From an uncultured Oligoflexus sp. (GTDB taxonomy: Bacteria > Bdellovibrionota_B > Oligoflexia > Oligoflexales > Oligoflexaceae), in the NCBI GenBank assembly GCA_964236955.1, contig CAXSGP010000002.1:24038-88037 (forward strand): a DNA stretch of 64,000 bases, written 5' to 3'. The position numbers and the translations under genes were made by a program. The notes under the pieces are model-generated. The model did not search any database. It was given only the letters and a program-made list of their open reading frames with translations, and had not been told where the DNA came from. Shown here piece by piece: positions 59,299 through 64,000 of the stretch; the first letter of the stretch is position 1, and each line of letters begins with the position of its first letter.

Positions 59299-60717
59299 GT
59301 GACTTTCGATCTTGACCTCTATCGTTCCGCTTTGCGGGCCCGGCCCTCACCCCTGGCCATGCTCCAGCCCAAGGGCGGCTATCGCCCGATCCCAGCATCG
59401 ATCGATCCCCTGATTGTCGAAGACAGCACCTGGGCTGCCATCGCCCAGGCGAGTCGGATCGCCTTGAAGGGCATGAAGGCACTCGTCGCCCGCCTGCGGC
59501 AACCCGAGCACTTTGCGCGATCTCAAAAAATCTATGCCGAACTTAACCCAATGGAGCAGGCGGCAGCCTTTGCCTCAGATCCCTCGCCTCTTGCCACCGC
59601 CCGCTTTGACCTCTTCTTTGATGCGGGTGGGCTAAAAATCATAGAGGCCAATGCCACAATACCGGCGATGCAGGCCTACAGCGATATCGTGCGCAGCGCG
59701 TGGCTCGCCGCCTCCGGCTTCCCCGACAGCAGCTCGCCCAATTGTGAGGAGCTCCTTGCTTCATTGCTCTATCTGCACCATCACGCCCGGCATGGCTTTC
59801 CGGAAAGCCGCGGGGCTATCACCGCACCCCCTTCCCTGAAGCCGCGCATTGCAATCGTAGCTCGCAGTGGCGACGCCCAAACCGCCGAGCTATTGCACCT
59901 GCAAACGCTATGGCGAAAAAAAGGCCATCACGTTGATGTACTGGTACCTGACCAGCTTGAGATCGTCGGTAAAAAATTGCGACGCAAGGGTGAAGTGCCT
60001 TCTGAAGCTTATGACCTTGTCTATCGCCACATCTTCGCGTCGCGCCTCGATCCTTCCAGTGACTTTGCCAAGGCTCTGGTGCAAAACCAGGTTTTTCAAA
60101 TCTTTAACCCCATCGCCGCCCATCTGGAAATCAAGGCTATTTTCGCCGAATTAAGCCGTTTTGCTGACGACGAGGCGCTCTCTGCCAGCCTCGGTCTTAC
60201 GCCAACCGAGCAGGGGATACTGAAGGCGCATGTGCCCTGGACCCGAATCCTTGAAAAATCGACTCTGGATCAAGCCCATGAGGCCTGGCAGGCTCGAAAT
60301 GCCCGAGACTATGTGGTCAAGAGCAGCAGCGGCTATGGAGGGCATGCGGTCTACATGGGTTCACATTTTCAGGAACCATCCCATCAGGAGCGTATCAAAA
60401 ATCTGCTGCAGACGACCCAACCGGTAAGTTGGAACGATTTCCTTGACTCCTGCGCTGCCGATCCCAAGGGACTTTGGATAATTCAGCGACGAATGGAAGG
60501 CCTTCGGATGAAACATAGAATCTTATATGATAATGTCGTCGAGCAAGAGTCCTATGTCGATGCTTCCATTTTTGTCTCGGCCCATTCTATGCCACGCGGT
60601 GGGGCTTCGCGCTTCGCAGTCGATCCTATCGTCAACCTTGGGCAGGGAGGAGGCCTCATCCCAATGTTCCTTCGAAGCGAATACTTGTCGCTGATGAAGA
60701 TTTCGCAAAAACAGTAA
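59299..60717 (+). CDS. Circularly permuted ATP-grasp / glutathionylspermidine synthase-like ligase
   Basis: RFD...KIIEAN, DLVYR, NP......K..FA.LS, VPWTR, YVVK...GYGG..V..G, WIIQ. Confidence 0.78.
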   Translation: MTFDLDLYRSALRARPSPLAMLQPKGGYRPIPASIDPLIVEDSTWAAIAQASRIALKGMKALVARLRQPEHFARSQKIYAELNPMEQAAAFASDPSPLATARFDLFFDAGGLKIIEANATIPAMQAYSDIVRSAWLAASGFPDSSSPNCEELLASLLYLHHHARHGFPESRGAITAPPSLKPRIAIVARSGDAQTAELLHLQTLWRKKGHHVDVLVPDQLEIVGKKLRRKGEVPSEAYDLVYRHIFASRLDPSSDFAKALVQNQVFQIFNPIAAHLEIKAIFAELSRFADDEALSASLGLTPTEQGILKAHVPWTRILEKSTLDQAHEAWQARNARDYVVKSSSGYGGHAVYMGSHFQEPSHQERIKNLLQTTQPVSWNDFLDSCAADPKGLWIIQRRMEGLRMKHRILYDNVVEQESYVDASIFVSAHSMPRGGASRFAVDPIVNLGQGGGLIPMFLRSEYLSLMKISQKQ

Positions 60718-60740
60718 TTTGCCTCATCGAAAGGCTGAGT

Positions 60741-61121
60741 ATGAGCACGGACAAAAACGTTAAGGTGGTAATTCTGGGACTCTCCGACGACCCAAACCGC
60801 TATGCATATAAAGCCGCTCAAAGGCTTAAGGAAAGCTCTTTTCCTAACGTGATGGGTATCCACCCCTCGGGCAAATCAGTGCTAGGGATCCCAGTCCTGC
60901 AATCTTTGGCAGAGCTTACCGAACCCGTCCACACTCTGACCATCTACCTCAACCCGGCTCGCATCGACCCTTTGTTTGAGGCGATCCTCAAAGCCAGGCC
61001 CAAGCGCATCATTTTCAATCCAGGCACCGAACATCCTACTCTTATGCGTATCGCCAAACAGAAGGGCATCCAGGTCGTTGAGGCCTGCACTCTCGTTCTT
61101 CTGGCTTCCAAACAGTTTTGA
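60741..61121 (+). CDS. CoA-binding (YccU-like) protein
   Basis: ILGLS..P.RYAY, T.TIY..P, P.RIIFNPGTE, ACTLVLL...QF. Confidence 0.88.
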   Translation: MSTDKNVKVVILGLSDDPNRYAYKAAQRLKESSFPNVMGIHPSGKSVLGIPVLQSLAELTEPVHTLTIYLNPARIDPLFEAILKARPKRIIFNPGTEHPTLMRIAKQKGIQVVEACTLVLLASKQF

Positions 61122-61583
61122 TAAGAATGGAGGTCTGTCTTCCGGTCGCGCGCGTCCGCATTTTAAAAGACCGCGCGATCAACAAAAAGCCTTCCTTGCC
61201 AAACTGTTGGTTATGGTAAGTTTTTGGCATGAATCGGTTCCGCTTTGCTCCGTGCGACCCTGATTGCTTATCAAAAAAGGGAACGGCAGCTTCTCTTCGT
61301 TGATTCTTTACACTGCCGTCCCTTGCCCGGGAGGGTCCCATCCTTTTCAATCATCAATAACTTTAGCCATGGTTGCTTCAAGAGCCTCGCTGCTGCCGAG
61401 AGATGGGCCTGTTACATTTTATGAAGCCGCTTGAAATCCAGCATTTTTTTCGACCATGCAAACGACGGCCGAACTAAGTTAGGGATAATCCGATTGACAA
61501 AGCAAGTGCCCTTGGAGACTCTCAGAACGGTGCTTCCGGCCCCACCTCGGCCCAACTTCTTCGGACCTTTGTGAGAAGATTTT

Positions 61584-62786
61584 ATGGCTGTTAAGCAAAA
61601 ATACGATGTTATTTTTATCGGTGGCGGCTTGGCCGCAGGACTAGCGGCGATTCTTCTGCAAAACCGCATGCCACATCTTTCCCTGCTTATTCTTGAGTCG
61701 CGCGAACAGCCGCAAATGCCACAGACCTGGTCGTTTCAATCGTTACCGTCTAGCATTGACCCAAGCCTCCTAAAAGTATTTTCAAATGTCGGATCCTCCT
61801 GGCTAAAACCCTTCGTCTCCCAATCCTGGAGCGGCTATGAGGTCCGGTTTCCCCTCCTTCGAAAAAATCTGAACCTCTCCTATCACAGTATTCGCAGTTC
61901 GGATTTTTGGGCCTATCTGCGCGGCGAACTTGGTGATGCCTTGCGACTGGGGGCCAGGGTCGACACGGCGTCCGGCTCCAAAGTCAGGCTGATCAATGGC
62001 GAGATTTTGGAGGCCCATCAACTGATTGATAGCAGGGGATGGGCAGACCGCGCCTTTCCGGTGGCCGGCTATCAGAAATTTATTGGCCTTAACCTTAGTC
62101 TAAAAAAACCCCATGGCCTCAGCCGCCCGATTCTGATGGATGCCACGGTTCCTCAAACCGATGGCTTTCGCTTCATGTATACCCTGCCTTGGAGCGAACG
62201 CTCGCTCCTTATCGAGGATACGCATTACAGCAACACTTGTGATATCAACGTCAACGATTACCGGGACGCCATACTCGAATATGCAGCCGCTCAAACTTGG
62301 GAGGTCGACAGCATCGGCGAGATGGAGCAGGGTGCTCTGGCTTTGCCAAGCTTTAGCAAAGGCCGCGTTTTTGCTCCTAAACCCGCTCCGGATGTTCCGC
62401 AAATTGGCACGCGGGGCGGCCTCTTTCACGCCACTACCGGCTATTCGATCTACGACGCTGTCTTGGGTGCGGAAGCCCTCTGGCAAAGCTATGAACGATC
62501 GCCGGCCCAGGTCAGCTCTCAACTTAGCAGCTATAGTCTCCGACGCTGGGACGCTCAGGAATTTTATCGGCGCCTCAATAATATGCTTTTTTTTGCTGCG
62601 GCTCCTGCCGAACGTTATCGGGTTTTGGAACGTTTCTATGGGCATGATGATGATCTTATTTCCCGTTTTTACGCCGGCAAGACCAGCGTTCAGGACAAGA
62701 TTCGTATTATGACGGGGAAACCTCCTATTGCCATGAGACAGGCCCTCTTTCATTTTTTCAATCGCAGCGAGGTGCGGCATGGATAG
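61584..62786 (+). CDS. crtY: Lycopene beta-cyclase
   Basis: GGGLAAGL, TWSF, YQKF.G, PILMDATVPQ.DG.RF.Y.LP, IEDT.YS, FH..TGYS, ERFY...I.RFYAG. Confidence 0.92.
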   Translation: MAVKQKYDVIFIGGGLAAGLAAILLQNRMPHLSLLILESREQPQMPQTWSFQSLPSSIDPSLLKVFSNVGSSWLKPFVSQSWSGYEVRFPLLRKNLNLSYHSIRSSDFWAYLRGELGDALRLGARVDTASGSKVRLINGEILEAHQLIDSRGWADRAFPVAGYQKFIGLNLSLKKPHGLSRPILMDATVPQTDGFRFMYTLPWSERSLLIEDTHYSNTCDINVNDYRDAILEYAAAQTWEVDSIGEMEQGALALPSFSKGRVFAPKPAPDVPQIGTRGGLFHATTGYSIYDAVLGAEALWQSYERSPAQVSSQLSSYSLRRWDAQEFYRRLNNMLFFAAAPAERYRVLERFYGHDDDLISRFYAGKTSVQDKIRIMTGKPPIAMRQALFHFFNRSEVRHG

Positions 62787-63861
62787 CGTCAGCCATCGGT
62801 ACGGTGCGGATACGTTTGCGCAAGCGGCGGTTCCGGCTTCGGTCAAGATTTCAAGGCCAGAGAGAGAGAGCCTGGCAGTTGAGGCGCCTTCAACCTCAAA
62901 TAGTTTTGCCAGTGTGGAGAGCCCGCGTGTAAAAGCGCTCCTTGCCGAACTTTTGATGCAGCCAACCCTGGAGTTAAAAGAGCGACCCAGCCACCAGTTC
63001 CGTGCTCATCTGGTGAATATAGGTGCCGAACTTTTCAGTCCAAACGTCGACCGCCTCCTGCGCAAAGACCAGCTTCGCCTTGGTTCGGAAGCCATCGAAT
63101 TTCTCCATCTGGGCTCTCTTATTGTCGATGACATTCAAGATGGCAGCCGGGTGAGGCGCCATGGCCCTTCGCTCCATGAAAAGCTCGGCATGCCTCATGC
63201 CCTAAGCGTGGGCAATTGGCTTTATTTTCGCGCTCTTCGCTTACTTGACAAGCTTGATCTCGACCTCGAGCGCAGACAACTTTTAAATAATGAATGGCAT
63301 GAAGCCATGGAACATGCCCACTATGGCCAGATTATGGATCTTTCCCTTTCTGTGCAGCAGCTCCCACTCGCCCATCTCGTCGACGTCTGCAAGCACTGCG
63401 CGCTTTATAAAACGGGTTCGATTACAGCGTTGGCGATAGGCATGGGCGCTTTGCTTCAAGGCGCCACGATCAAGCAGCTGCAGGCCATCAAAAAACTGGG
63501 CACAGCACTGGGGATCTATCTGCAGCAACTCAATGATATTGGCAACATTATAGGCGAATGCGATGTCGAAAAACGGTTTGAGGATCTGCTTGCCTATAAA
63601 CCCTCTTTTATCTGGAGTTTCACGCTGGAGCGTTTTGGGGCCCGCAGTCTCGATCAGCTTTTTCAGGCCACCCGGCAGCTACCCCAAGCAACCGCCGGAC
63701 TCGAGGACTGGATCGCGCGGCATGATCTGCAGAAAAATGCCGGGGTCCACGCGGAAGACATGTTTTTAAAAGCCCTGGATGAATTTCAAATCAATTATCC
63801 CGGATGTGATCTCACGAAACTCATCAATCTGCAGTACAGGATAAAATCAGCATATGCATAA
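62779..63861 (+). CDS. crtE: Polyprenyl (GGPP) synthase
   Basis: [31 protein letters not shown]; lies between crtY and crtI. Confidence 0.82.
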   Translation: MDSVSHRYGADTFAQAAVPASVKISRPERESLAVEAPSTSNSFASVESPRVKALLAELLMQPTLELKERPSHQFRAHLVNIGAELFSPNVDRLLRKDQLRLGSEAIEFLHLGSLIVDDIQDGSRVRRHGPSLHEKLGMPHALSVGNWLYFRALRLLDKLDLDLERRQLLNNEWHEAMEHAHYGQIMDLSLSVQQLPLAHLVDVCKHCALYKTGSITALAIGMGALLQGATIKQLQAIKKLGTALGIYLQQLNDIGNIIGECDVEKRFEDLLAYKPSFIWSFTLERFGARSLDQLFQATRQLPQATAGLEDWIARHDLQKNAGVHAEDMFLKALDEFQINYPGCDLTKLINLQYRIKSAYA

Positions 63862-64000
63862 AGACCGGAATGCGGACGATAAAACAGCCATCGTCATTGG
63901 CAGCGGATTCGGTGGTCTGGCAGCAGCGATCCGCCTGCAAGCGCAAGGTTTTAGGACCCAGATTCTGGAGTCCCGCGATAAGCCGGGTGGCCGCGCCTAT
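63854..64000 (+). CDS. crtI: Phytoene desaturase (3'-truncated by window edge)
   Basis: Translated by hand: [49 protein letters not shown]. Confidence 0.92.
   Translation, partial: MHKDRNADDKTAIVIGSGFGGLAAAIRLQAQGFRTQILESRDKPGGRAY

Noticed and set aside
61235..61330. Possible cobalamin riboswitch upstream of the crt genes (AAGGGAA...ACTG)
   Set aside because: No GGTG.AA.TCC, CCC.CAACTGT or B12 box.
1..64000. CRISPR arrays, tRNA/rRNA, transposases, integrases, prophage or defence systems
   Set aside because: None recognised; no regularly spaced repeats, and nearly all long ORFs fit housekeeping, motility or envelope families.

Overview
A gene-dense bacterial core-genome segment. Gene order and protein families suggest a deltaproteobacteria-like diderm, most likely Bdellovibrionota/Oligoflexia; this is an inference, not a database result. 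In order, the window holds: the end of a flagellar export operon (fliH-fliI-fliJ-motE-like); fmt-purN; an MCP, a TPR protein and flbD; prfB with a canonical programmed +1 frameshift; prkA-yeaH-spoVR; lpxH and acpP; rpiB-glyA-nrdR-ribE-(XRE regulator)-ribBX-ribH-nusB; two exported proteins, one behind a consensus sigma54 promoter; tilS-ftsH-folP-cdaA-cdaR-glmM-pdxJ-tsaE; flagellin, an orphan gspC-like gene, fadD, cinA and lolA; a PocR-like sigma54 activator; pyrB-purM; a run of deiminase, SET, Hsp70-like and ATP-grasp genes; and the start of a carotenoid operon (crtY-crtE-crtI). I saw no rRNA, tRNA, CRISPR array, transposase or prophage. The most unusual signal is the ~320-nt flagellin leader. 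It holds a degenerate tandem copy of the flagellin 5' region: the same 15-nt leader motif, the same CAAGGAGG-N7-ATG, and a 53-codon mini-ORF that aligns without gaps to the flagellin N-terminus, all inside a nested RNA structure. Other notable items are five dispersed sigma28-type promoters (one in front of a sigma54 activator), two long stem-loops where fabF is expected, and degenerate TrpC-like and RibA domains. All calls come from motif recognition by eye.
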